A stretch of DNA of 63,770 bases, filler included, from Neophaeotheca triangularis (Eukaryota): assembly GCA_054600435.1 (NCBI GenBank). It is 4 parts of 4 records of this genome, joined end to end, with 100 filler letters (N's around TTAATTAATTAA, not from the genome) between each part and the next. Parts side by side here need not be neighbours in the genome. Positions count along the whole stretch, not along the records: positions 28,571 to 55,797 come from BAAIJX010000110.1; positions 55,898 to 62,493 come from BAAIJX010000128.1; 2 more parts are not named here. The stretch is one strand, 5' to 3'. Position 1 is the stretch's first letter. Each line of letters begins with the position of its first letter. Positions 49,201-61,749 of the stretch are shown piece by piece. The notes beneath the pieces are model-generated. The model saw only the letters and a list, made by a program, of their open reading frames with translations. It was not told the DNA's origin and ran no database searches. Made by a program: the position numbers and the translations under genes.

Positions 49201-51103
49201 TCGAGAAGCTCACCAAAGGCAGGGTGGATCGCGAGCGCACTGTTTACCACCGCGACGATGCGACGGCTAGCGGCTGTTGCCCTGGGGGGTTGGAAGGGAA
49301 AAAAAAAAAAAGAATGAAAGCAGCGTGGGTATCTCGTGTCATGGAGGTGCGTGCGGTGGCCCGGTGGAGGGAGGAGAAAAAATTGACGCCGCACAGTCCA
49401 CTGCTTCATCTCGGCTCAAGAGTTCAAATCTCTTGCTTGGCTTCATGCTCCACAATGCTTTTTGCTGGGACTAGCAGGGCATGAGTCGGTTGGTGGATGC
49501 ACGGCCTGAGGTTTTGTGCTGCTGACAAGGTAATTGTAGATGGCTTACCACGGCGTCGTCGCTATTGACAAGAGTACATCGGCTTGAGGTACCGAGTAAA
49601 GACATGGCGCATCTCATCGCGCATGCTTTCAGCGTCATCGAACTTGGGGATAGGGCAGGAGGGGGGATGGTAGATTAGGCGAAAGAGAGCTCTCGTCGAC
49701 GTCTGCCGCGACAACTCAAAAACTATAGGTAGCTAGTTACTAGCGGGATGGTCGGCTAGGGAGTTGCAAAAAGTTATTACAGTTGTGAGGTAGACATCAA
49801 ACGGGCTTAAGCTTTGAGAAGGCCGCTAGGTCAGCAGGGCTTACTGGCGATCTCACTCGCTGAGACGGCGGGTGCGGCGTGCTCTGGTCTCGCGTAGAAC
49901 AGAGCTCGCGGCGCGTCAACGCGACCATGACGAGCATGGTCGAGCTTTGCCCGGTGCGGTATAGAGATAGAGGCGGTCCAATAATTGCGAACGCATGGAA
50001 TACCACGGTAGTAGTAGTAGCAACTAGTAGTAGCAGAAGGAGAGTGGTAGAGAGAGAGAGGGTGAAATTTGCCGTCGATCGGCTGGCGGCACCGGCGAAG
50101 GATCGGAAGAGGTGACGTCTCACTCATCGCCCTTCGGGCCTTCTCCACCTCGTCTTTCCCTTTTTCCCAACCGCGGCCGTATGAACTGTGCGCTCGTTGC
50201 TGGGGATTACTGGGGGAGCTAGTCACCGAGGGACTTGATGCTTGAGGTTGCTTGCAAAATAATCCCTCATACTGTAACTGCTAACTTCCAAACTACGGGT
50301 TACACACAGACGTCGGCTTCTTCGCCCGTCTACCGATTTTACCGTCCTGGACTGACTACTGACTACTGCTACTACTGTTGGTTACTGTACCCGTGTACCC
50401 AGCCCCGACAACGGAAATCATTAGAGAGGCTCGAGAGAGGCCAGCCCTGGCTGTTGTTGCGGTGGCTGATGCTGGGCTAGAGACGGCAATGGTGATTTTT
50501 GATTATGAGTATGATTATGATTATGATTATTTAGATGTAGAGTGCTCGCGCGCAAATACATATTCGACACAATCGAAGCTACTACGATCCCTTTCTTGTC
50601 CATCCTTTTGCGAAAGTGTCGTGTGTTCACAGTGAATGAGAGAGAGACAGAGAGACAGAAAGAGAGGACTTCCCACTATTGCTGTTGCTGCGCGATTACT
50701 AGCACTTCCGACTGCTGCTTCTGATTGGCTCCCGGAGCTTCACGTGCCGAAAGCTACGCCGACCGTTCTCAACTCTACCCGCCCGGCCTCTGACGAAATT
50801 CGGTAACCGTCCATCGCGACGCTCGATCCGTCAGGTCCCCTCCTCTTGCTTTTACTGGACTGCACGGGACTGGCTCAACTGGCCCCGAAGCTGAGGTCCT
50901 CGCTCGCTCGACCGTTCCGATCGCCTTACTACTTACTTACTTCTTCTTCTTCTTTTCTTTCCATCCTGCCCTCCGACTTCTCCTCCCTCTCTTCCCCATC
51001 ACTCCCAACTCGCAATCCCAGAGAGTGAGCATCGACGACATCTCCACTCCCCATCGCCAGACATATCTGCGACATCCATTAGCTTGGGCATCGCTTAATC
51101 AAT

Positions 51104-54100
51104 ATGTCGGCCCCGCGCGTCAGTTTCTCTGACAAGGACCTCGAGAATGGTGAAGGCGGCGCTGAGCGCAGTAGATCGCGCAAGTGGTCTCAGGCACCCG
51201 GCAACATTGAGGATCTAGGTATGTTGTTGCCGCTGCAGCATTCCTCACCGAGCTGCTACTGCTGCTCCACGTTCGCTCTGCGACTGCGAGGCGTCAAAGC
51301 TGACCCATGAACTCCCCTCCCTACAGACGAATACACGGCGCTTCAGAAATACATTTCTACCTACAAGGATCCCAAGGCCGCCGGCGAGGCCGATGCGGAA
51401 ATCGACGCAGAGGACGAAGGAAAGGGCAAGTCCTGGTGGCAGGTAAGCAGCTAAACTGCGGGGATGCTTCCACACCCTCGTCACCACTTTCTGACGAGCT
51501 TTTTCCATCTACAGTTCTGGCGGAGCGGCAACTCTGGCAACGCCACTGGAGCCGACAGCGGTGTCGTGCCCGAAGAATGGCTCGAGACGGACATCAGGCA
51601 GGGTATCAGCGACAGCGATGCCGAGCACCGCAGGAAGCGCTTTGGCTTCAACGAAATCACTACGGAAAAAGAGAACCTCTTCATCAAGTTCTTGATGTTT
51701 TTCACCGGTCCCGTCCTCTATGGTATGTTGCTACAGCTCCTCCACTTGATGCGACTGAAAACGATTGAGAGATGCGCGAACAATGGCAAGCAGTCTGCAT
51801 GATTTTTCGCATGTCGCGTTCGCCGCATCTCCACCTGACGCAGCTTGAGCTACGGTCGCAATCTGCTTGGCATCAAGGCTTGAGTGCGATACAACAGCAA
51901 CGCTAACGCTTGGCGTCTATCTAGTCATGGAACTCGCTGTCCTCCTGTCCGCCGGTCTTCGTGAATGGATCGACTTGGGTGTCATCGTCGGTATTCTGCT
52001 CCTCAACGCCGCCGTCGGTTGGTACCAAGAAAAGCAGGCCGCCGATGTCGTCGCCTCCCTCAAGGGTGACATTGCCATGAAGGCAACTGTCGTCCGCAAC
52101 GGTCAAGAACAAGATATCAAGGCTCGTGAGCTCGTCCCTGGTGACATTGTTGTCATCGAGGAAGGCCAGACCGTCCCCGCCGATGCCCGTCTTATCTGCG
52201 ACTACGAGCACCCCGAAGACTTCGAGAAGTACAAGGAGCTCCGCGAGCAACACGCTCTCGACCCTGAGGAAGACCCTGCTGGCTCTGAAGAGAAGGAAGG
52301 CGAGGAAGGCGAGGAGGGTGTCGCCCACCAGGGCCACGCCATTGTCGCTACCGACCAGTCTGCCATTACCGGCGAGTCTCTTGCTGTCGACAAGTTCATG
52401 GGCGACGTGGTCTACTACACCACTGGTTGCAAGCGCGGAAAGGCCTACGCTGTTGCTCAGACCTCAGCCAAGTGGTCTTTCGTCGGTCGCACTGCTACTC
52501 TCGTCCAAGGCGCCAAGGACCAAGGTCACTTCAAGGCCATCATGAACTCCATCGGTACGGCGCTTTTGGTCCTGGTCATGTTCTTCATCCTGCTCGCCTG
52601 GATTGGTGGCTTCTACCGCCACTTGGGCATCGCCACCCCCGAGGAGTCCAGCAACACTCTTCTGCACTACGTCCTGATTCTGTTCGTCATCGGTGTGCCC
52701 GTTGGTCTGCCTGTCGTCACCACCACCACCTTGGCCGTCGGTGCCGCCTACCTCGCCCAGCAAAAGGCTATTGTGCAGAAGCTCACCGCCATTGAGTCGC
52801 TTGCCGGTGTCGACGTGCTCTGCTCTGACAAGACCGGTACGCTCACTGCCAACCAGCTTTCCATCCGTGAGCCTTATGTCGCCGAGGGTGAGGATGTCAA
52901 CTGGATGATGGCCTGCGCTGCTCTCGCCTCTTCCCACAACATCAAGTCTCTTGACCCCATCGACAAGGTCACCATTCTTACGCTCAAGCGCTACCCCAAG
53001 GCCCGTGACATTCTCAAGGACGACTGGAAGACTGAGAAATTCACCCCCTTCGACCCCGTCTCCAAGCGTATCACTACCATTTGCACACTCCGTGGCGACC
53101 GCTTCACCTGCGCCAAGGGTGCGCCCAAGGCCGTTCTTAACCTGACCGAGTGCTCCAAGGAGACTGCCAACCTCTTCCGTGACAAGGCTACCGAATTCGC
53201 TCGCCGTGGTTTCCGTTCGCTCGGTGTCGCCTACCAGAAGAACAACGAACCGTGGATCCTCCTCGGCATGCTTTCCATGTTCGACCCTCCTCGTGAGGAC
53301 ACTGCCCAGACCATTGTCGAGGCTCAGCAGCTCGGTGTTCCAGTCAAGATGTTGACTGGTGATGCCATTGCCATTGCCAAGGAGACTTGCAAGATGTTGG
53401 CTCTCGGTACCAAGGTCTACAACTCGCACAAGCTCATCGGTGGTGGTCTTTCTGGCTCCACTCAGCACGACCTTGTCGAGCGCGCCGACGGTTTCGCAGA
53501 GGTCTTCCCCGAGCACAAGTACCAGGTCGTCGAGATGCTGCAACAGCGTGGTCACTTGACTGCCATGACTGGTGACGGTGTCAACGACGCTCCCTCTCTC
53601 AAGAAGGCCGACTGTGGTATCGCTGTCGAGGGTTCCTCCGAAGCCGCTCAGGCCGCTGCCGACATTGTCTTCCTTGCCCCCGGTCTCTCCACCATTGTGT
53701 TCGCCATCAAGACTGCCCGTCAGATTTTCCAGCGTATGAAGGCGTACATCCAGTACCGTATCGCCCTCTGTCTGCACTTGGAAATCTACCTCGTTACCTC
53801 CATGATCATCATCAACGAGACCATCAGGGCCGACTTGATTGTGTTCATCGCCCTGTTCGCCGATTTGGCCACCGTCGCCGTTGCCTACGACAACGCCCAC
53901 TCCGAACAACGCCCCGTCGAGTGGCAACTTCCCAAGATCTGGGTCATCTCTGTCATCCTCGGTATTTTGCTCGCCCTCGCCACATGGGTTGTTCGTGGTA
54001 CCCTTTTCCTGCCCAACGGCGGTATCGTGCAGAACTTCGGCTCCATTCAGGAAATTCTCTTCCTCGAAGTCGCGCTCACTGAGAACTGGCTGATCTTCGT

Positions 54101-54533
54101 CACCCGTGGCGGTAACACTTTCCCATCCTGGCAACTCGTCGGCGCCATCTTCCTCGTCGACGTCCTGGCCACTCTCTTCTGTATCTTCGGCTGGCTCGCG
54201 GGTTACCCCTTCCAGGAGCCCCTCCCCAACCCCATGGGTGGCTACTTCATGCAGCAGCGCCTTGACGGCTGGACCGACGTCGTCACCGTCGTCGTTGTCT
54301 GGGCCTACTCGATCGGTGTCATCATCGTCATCGCTCTCGTCTACTTCATCCTCAACCAGATCCCCCAGCTCAACGACCTCGGCCGCAAGAAGCGCAGCGC
54401 CCAGGACACTCAAATGGAGAACATTATCGGCCACTTGAGCAAGCTCACTATCCGTCACGAGAAGGAGGAGGGCAGCGAAAAGGGCCGCTGGGCTCTGGCC
54501 GCCAGGGCCAACGAGGAGGACGACGAGGACTAG
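51104..54533 (+). CDS. PMA1: Plasma-membrane H+-ATPase; exons 51104-51218, 51327-51442, 51515-51722, 51925-54533
   Basis: TGES, CSDKTGTLT, KGAP, DPPR, MTGDGVNDAPSLKKAD; canonical introns; strong codon bias. Confidence 0.97.
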
Positions 54534-55710
54534 AGTATTCGCTCTCCGGTATCACTTTTCCCGTCTCGAATAATATATTTCGTCGACCAAGCTTTTGCAA
54601 GTCGACGAGACTGTATTGGACGATGGGGAATATTGGGAGGATAAAGAATTAATAGGGCTGTTTCTATAGTTTTTTTTTTTTTTTTTATTGAAAGAGAAGG
54701 AAAATGAGAAGAATATCCACACATTGCACATTCCATTCTACACCCCCTTGCGCTTTCCTCTCTCGCACACGTACACATATGCGTTGGCTTGTCGGCTTTT
54801 GTGTTTTGGTTTAGTAGTTTTGGTTTGGCTGTTGTTGTTGTTGCTACTCAGTTAGTTGGTTGGTTGGTCGGTTGGTCAGTTGGTCAGTCTGTCGGTTCGT
54901 TGGTTGGTCAGTTTAGTCAGTCAATAAGGAGCGATATCCCCGTAAGTAGCAGTAGTCGTAGTCTTTTTTGTTACTATCCATGATCCGTCTTAATATTCTT
55001 CTCTTAAAACTTTTGCTTTTGGTCTTGAAAAAAAAAAGAAAAAAAAACTCTTGTCTGCTTGTTTTTTTCGTGTACTTGATATTAATACTTGATATTATTA
55101 TTATTACTACTACTCATTTTGTCTGCTTTTTTTTTTTTTGTACTTACATGTTAATACTTGATATCAATACTACAGTACTCTCATTCTGTCTACGTTTGCA
55201 CTTGATTTTAATACTACTCATTTTTTTCTGCTTTCGTACTTTCTATCAATACCACTCTCATTTCGTCTGCTTCTGTGTCCCCGTTCTATGTCCGTAGTTA
55301 CTTTATCGATTGTTCTTGATTTGATTTTAGTCTTAGCCGGCCGGTCGGCGCTTTTGCTCCCGGCCTTTTGCTTTGTTGTGATGTGTTGTGTTGTATTATG
55401 TGTATATACCTTGTGTGTGTATAGTAGAGGTCGGGTTTTTGAGTACTATGTAGGTAGGTAGGTGTGACTACCTAGGTGGTTGCTTGCTTGCTTGCTTGCT
55501 TGCCTGCTATCGCGGTACTTTTCTCGGGGTCGTAGGTCGTTGAGGGGTTTTACTTGGGGTTTACTTATATTTCTTCTTAGGGTGTTACTTGGGGTTGTGC
55601 CGGGGATTGTGATTGGGATCGGGATCGGGATTGTTATGTTATGGGGTTCGTGTTGAGTTGGTTAGGACTTTGGGGGATGGGTAAGGGCGGGGGGGGGGGG
55701 GGGGGGGGGG

Positions 55711-55743
<33 letters not shown>

Positions 55744-55797
55744 AAAACCAAAAAAAAACCAACAAATAAAAAAAATAAAAAAATTTTTAATGTTTTA

Positions 55798-55897
55798 NNN
55801 NNNNNNNNNNNNNNNNNNNNNNNNNNNNNNNNNNNNNNNNNTTAATTAATTAANNNNNNNNNNNNNNNNNNNNNNNNNNNNNNNNNNNNNNNNNNNN
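55798..55897. other. Artificial contig linker
   Basis: N44-TTAATTAATTAA-N44. Confidence 0.97.
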
Positions 55898-56392
55898 GGT
55901 CTCCTAGTACTTCTATAAGAACAACTACGCCGTTATCCTAATAGGGGGCCTTCGTCGTTCCGGTCCTAACAACAATAAGATCTTAACTCCGCATGACATA
56001 GCACGCCTAATCACGGATTAAACTCGCGACTTCGCTACGATCGTCACTAATGCTGTCGAGAGGCTTATCGCTATCTACTACATAGAAATGTCCGTGCTTA
56101 TTAGCGAGATATCTAGCCGCTATCGTGCCGCGCCTTCTTCTTCGCTAGTATGCGATACGCCTAGTGTAGATACGTCGCCGCCTTACGATAAGACCGTTAA
56201 TGCGCCGGCGCCGGTAGTAGCTCCTAAGGTACTAGTAGTAGAGACTAAGGGTCTAGTTCGGAAGAGTAGTAGGGGCGATGCTAGTATACTACTAGAGATG
56301 TCTTCTAGGGAAAGCTCTTCTTCGTCGTTAGAGTCGGATAAGGAGGATAAGGCTCTAAAGAAGCCTTCTAGTATCTTAGGCTTCCTTAAGAT
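55898..56392 (-). mobile_element. 3' internal region of a second, oppositely oriented copy of the same retrotransposon family (inverted repeat of 61999-62493)
   Basis: Reverse-complement match over 495 bp; the outermost 121 bp are identical and most other differences are transitions. Confidence 0.85.
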
Positions 56393-56615
56393 TATCACGA
56401 CCGTAGCGCTAGCGGGATATCGGCGGCCTAAGCTACGGAGTAGCTCGGGAGTGCTAAGCATACACACTACGAAAGTATATGAGATGGCTAATAGTGAAGT
56501 CTCCTGTCTACTATCGAATAGTTTCTATATTAAAGGACTATTACTATTGTTACCATTATTACGCTCCGCCCTCGCTATGCCGTGATCCTAACCGAGTCCT
56601 AGTCTCGGTCTTACA
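56393..56615 (+). repeat. Putative 5' LTR (about 223 bp)
   Basis: Begins TATCACGACC (RIP-altered TGTCACGACC) exactly where the inverted-repeat homology stops and ends GGTCTTACA. Internal TATAT (56476) and ATTAAA (56529). No second LTR is present in the contig. Confidence 0.7.
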
Positions 56616-56730
56616 ATTCTATTCGATCTCAGAACCTTTTTAGGTTAAGATTCGCTTAGACATTATAGTACTATCGCGCTCGCTACGCCCTCGGGTCGAC
56701 GATGCTAACCCGGCGGACTCCCCTAATACT

Positions 56731-59700
56731 ATGACCGGAGTCAATACCCCGTAAGAACAAGAAGAGGTAGCGACGGACTAATACACGGTCCTTACTACTA
56801 CTATTACGGAGCTCTAATAGCAATTAGTAGAGCGCACCGCGCCTATCTAGCGAGCCGCCGATAGAGCGACGGTCCTATACGACGAGTCCGAAAGAGGACA
56901 TATCGAACTAGAGGACCTAGCGGACATTACCCCTACCCTAGTGGCATGTAAGTAGACGGTAGACGAGGATCTACCCGCTAGCGTAACGATAAAGGAGCGA
57001 AAGTCTTATATCGATATCGAGAAAGCTTTTCGCTTAGCCGAACTAACGGTTTATAGGAGTTATCCTAATCTCTTAAAAGTATAGACGTTCATTTAGTAAT
57101 GTAAGCGTGTGTTTAAGATGCACCCTTATGTTTACTTTTACTAGTATAAGCGTGTCTAGTATACCGCGGGCCGCCTATATAGCCGCGTCGGCTAGAACTA
57201 GGAGAGTAAGGAGTTACGACTCGAACGAGAGGAGATGAAATGGCCTATGTTTAAAGAATGGCTACTAGATTAGATTCTCGACCCCGAAAACTGCGCTATA
57301 AACATAGCGTTCCGAGGTTTCCGACATATATAGGGACCGACCTAATCTATTTACGACTACCTCTCGTATATCGAAGACTCCCTCCGCGAGGCCGACGTCG
57401 CCCTACTACTAGAGTATACGCTCCTTACCCTCGTTAAGACGGGTCTACGGGAAAATCTTAAGGCCAAGCTAAATGCCTAGCTAACGGTGCTAGACAACCG
57501 GTATAACCTCGTCGCGCTTTACACGCGCCTCGACGAGGCTAACCGTAGCGGCCGGGACGCTAGAGGCGAGACGGCGGACAAGCTACGTAAGACCGACTTA
57601 AGAGGTTCCGGCTATAAGAAAAGAGAACAAAACTAGAGCATAAGCGATAACAACTCTAAACTGCGCTACTAGCGTACCGATAGAACACTAGCGACCGGTA
57701 TAAACCGCACGGGTACGACTAACGGTAGCGAACGAAATAACAAAGCCCTTAAAGAGAACCTTTATTTTAAGTATAGCGGTAAAGGCTACTAGCAAGAAAA
57801 TTGCCGAAAGGGAAAAGCTTAGCCCTAGGCTATTTAATTGTTAGCCTTAAAGGCTTAGGGCGGCAAGTAGGCAGTACGTTAACGGAGCGCCTATAGGCTG
57901 TCGTAAAGATATACGATCGCACCCGCGACGGGCTACGCTTCGAGGCCCGTAGGCTTATCGACATAGGAGCGCATTACAATGTCATCTCGGAAGACATCGC
58001 GGTCTAGTATAACCTGCTAATAAAGGGTAACCGGATTCGTAGGCTACGAGCCTTTAGCGACGTCGAAGCCCTAATAGTGGGCCGATGTCGACTCTATACT
58101 GAAGTCGCTAATTTAGACGGCATAGTTTAGACCATCCCGTAAATGTTCGAAGTAGTGAACTAGAAGGATTATGAAATGATTCTTAGAATGCCTTAGATCC
58201 GATCTACGAAAGCATAGCTTGATTTTACGTCGCTACTAGTATAGTGGCGCTACGGTAGCGTGTATAATAAAGAAGAAGTCGAAATCATCGAGGCTAAAGA
58301 ACTAGCCCGAGATATTAACAGTAGAGCATCTATCCTCGCCGTTAGCGTAGAAGACCTACGCGGGACCCTAGCGGAGCCGTAGGTGCCCGAGTAGTTAGCG
58401 GAATACGCCGAGGTGTTTAAATTAGAGAAGGCGAAAGAGTTACCTCTATATACGCTTCATAACCACTATGTCGAACTAGTCGAGGGGAAGAATCCTCCTA
58501 GTAGAGCGATCTACCTATGTTCCGAGCTAGAGCTCGAAGAAATGTAGTCGTAGATTAACAACCTACTCGTAACGGACTATATCGAGCCTAGCACTAGCCC
58601 TACTAGCGCACTATTACTATTCGTTAAGAAGAAAAACGGCAAACTTCGTATATACGTCGATTACCGCGGCTTGAACGAAATCACTATTAAGAACAAGTAT
58701 CCTTTACTACTTATTAGTGAACTCTTAGATAGAGTCCGCGGATCAACGTGGTTTTCGAAAATCGATTTAGTTAAGGTATACTACCGTTTACGCATTGCCT
58801 AGGGCGACGAGTGGAAGACGGCGTTCTACTATTAGTACGGCTATTTCTAATATAAGGTCATGCCTTTTAGACTCGCTAACGCACTAGCATCGTTTTAGGC
58901 CTTTATTAATAAGGTGCTTATAGAGCTTATTAACTACTACTATATAGTATATATAGATAACGTTCTTATCTATTCCCGTACTAAAGTAGAACACCGCGAA
59001 TATGTTCGAGCGGTCTACCGTTAACTCGCTAACGCTAAGCTATATACTAGTCTCGAAAAATGCGAGTTTATAGTCCGAGAGATTAGATTCCTCGGTTTCG
59101 TTATTAACTCTACCGGAGTAGCGATAGAGCCCCTACGGGTAGCCGTAGTACAAGATTAGCTAATACTAAAGTCCCTAAAAGAACTCTAAGTGTTCCTAGG
59201 ATTCGCGAATTTCTATCGTCGCTTCATCGAGGGATATGTAAAGATTACTACTCCCCTTATAGACTGCCTATAGCATAGTAGCGGTAAATAGTAGTCACTA
59301 GGTAAAGATGCCTAAAAATCCTTTAAAAGGTTAAAGCATAGCTTTATTTTAGCACTAGTGCTACGGCACTTTAACGCTACGCTAGAGACCCGCCTTAAGA
59401 CCGATGCATTAGGATATATATTAGGAGGCATACTCGCGTAGAAGCACTTAGACACGCTATAGCATCCGGTCGCATACTACTCTAAGAAGCTTAAAGGGCT
59501 AGAGTTGCGATATCTAGTACACGATTAGGAACTACTCGCTATCGTCGAGGCGACGCGCTAATAGCGGCACTATATATTGTCGGCTAAGAGTAAAGTTTAG
59601 GTGCTTATAGATCATAACAATCTGAAGTACTTCCTATCGACAAAGAAATTGTCGGGCCGCTAAGCGCGCGCCGCGGAAGAGCTATTGTAATACGACATCG

Positions 59701-61715
59701 AGATTACATACTGTGAAGGTAAATCAAACCCCGGAGCAGACGGGCTCTCGCGCCGTCCTAATATAGAGGCCGAGGGAGAATTAAGTAGGGCGGAAATGCT
59801 ACCTACATTAACTAGGCTTTTCGCTCCCCCGGCGGGCTAACATAAGGCCGCTAAAGTTCTAGCGAGTAGCCGCATAATAGCCGCTAAAGATAGAGTAGAG
59901 ATCCTATCTATATTGCTAGGGTACGTAGCGCTAGTAAACTACTAGGCGTTAGCTACCTCGCTAGCGGGCTACATAATAGCTACTAGAGACACTAGTCCTC
60001 TAAACAATAAGCTTTAGAGTAATAATACTGTGTATACTAAGCGAACGCTCTAAGGGGGAGGTAAACTAAACCCGACTAGCTCTATCGCTATAGTAGCGCT
60101 AACCTATCATAACCCTATAGGTAAGTAGCTAGGTATTCTTACTATTACCGAGTTAGACATTAGAGAGCCTAACGTAGCGGTAGACCGAATTGACCTTAGA
60201 GCGGATATGTTACGCGTATAGTAGGGAGACCCCTTTACTAAACGTATTCGTAAAGAGATCGATAAGGGATAGTACCGCGGAGACGCTAACGGCGCTACGC
60301 CTACGTAGTCGGTTAGTTTTACGGGACTTCTTAAGATTAATAGAAAGGTATATGTACTACTAGTAGAAAGCCTACGGGCTACCGTACTAAGCTACTACTA
60401 CGAGGACCTATTAGTAGGACACCTAGGAGTAGGGAAGACTAAAGCCGTTTTCTATAAGGAGTTTTAGTGGTCTAAGTAGACTAAGGATGTCGAAGAGTAT
60501 GTCCTTAGGTGTGACACCTACTAAAGACACAAGTCGCGCTACTACCGGCCCTACGGCGCATTATAATCGCTAAGGGTTCCGGGTACTAATAAGATCTTTA
60601 AGCATTAGTCTATAGACATAGTGGTTAAGTTGCCTGTCATAGAGACATATAAGGGTGAAATAGTCGATTCTGTGTTAGTTATTATTAACCGCTTCTTAAA
60701 GTTCGCGAGGTATATCCCTATTAGCGAAGCGATAGGGGCCCGCTAGCTAGCCGATATTTTCGAGCACGAAATTCTTACTAAATTTAGTGAGCCAAAATCG
60801 ATTATAACTAATAGAGGTAGTATATTTACCTCCGCGTTTTAGATAGAGCTCCTTTAGTATTAGAAAACCGAGCGTAAGTTATCGACGGCATACTACCCTT
60901 AGTCCGACGGGCAGATAGAGAGGCAAAACTAAACAATAGAATAGTATCTACAATGTTTTATTAACTTTACACAAACAGATTGGCCTTATTACCTCGTATA
61001 GGCTGAATTCGCCTATAATAATAGCGTAAGCGCATTAACTAAAGTGTCGCCGTTCTTTGCCGTCTATAGGGCGGAGCCCTAACGGCCTAGTAGCGTTATG
61101 GACAACGCCGTCGGAGAGGGAGGTAGCGAACCGACAATCCCCGACCTCTAAGAAAGAACCGAAAACTAGAAAGCAATTCGCGAAGTCGTCGAGGAGAACA
61201 TTCGGCACGCCGTCGGCAAGTAGGCGGAATACTATAACTAAAAACACGATCCTATGGTATTTAGTGTCGACGACGAGGTTCTTATTTCCGCGAAAAACCT
61301 GAAAACGTTAAGACTAACTAAAAAGTACTCCTCGCATTATATAGGGCCCTTTCGAGTTATAGTAAGGGTTAGAAAACAAGTATACCGATTAGCCCTACCT
61401 CTATACCTTAGAAAGATCTATAATATCTTCCATATCTCTCTCCTCGAACTATACCACTAACACGCCGACTTTACACTACTAGCGGAGCGAGAAGTTAACG
61501 GAGGCGGCGAATAGGTTGTCGACGAAATAACGGCATCCGGTCTCGATAACGATAGCGACAAGATGTACTAGGTCCTTTAGAAAGATTAGCTAATAGAAGA
61601 GGGTACCTAGGAGAAAGAGAAGCATCTAAACAACGCGAAAGAAGCGATAGTAGACTTCGAGTAACACTAGTAGACCTATAGCGGCGCGAAAAAGAAGCAT
61701 AGAAAGAAAACATAA
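56731..61715 (+). pseudogene. gag-pol pseudogene with a -1 frameshift site GGGAAAA at 57810-57816
   Basis: The pol frame is -1 relative to gag and the heptamer fits X XXY YYZ in the gag frame. Many CAA/CAG/TGG-derived stops. Confidence 0.85.
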
Positions 61716-61749
61716 AGCCTAAAGAAGAAGAATGTTAAGAATACATAGC

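Noticed and set aside
52464..54458. 664-aa ORF antisense to PMA1
   Set aside because: Expected from strong codon bias on the sense strand
55686..55797. Poly-G/poly-A run resembling a retroposon tail
   Set aside because: Low-quality contig-end sequence after a G homopolymer
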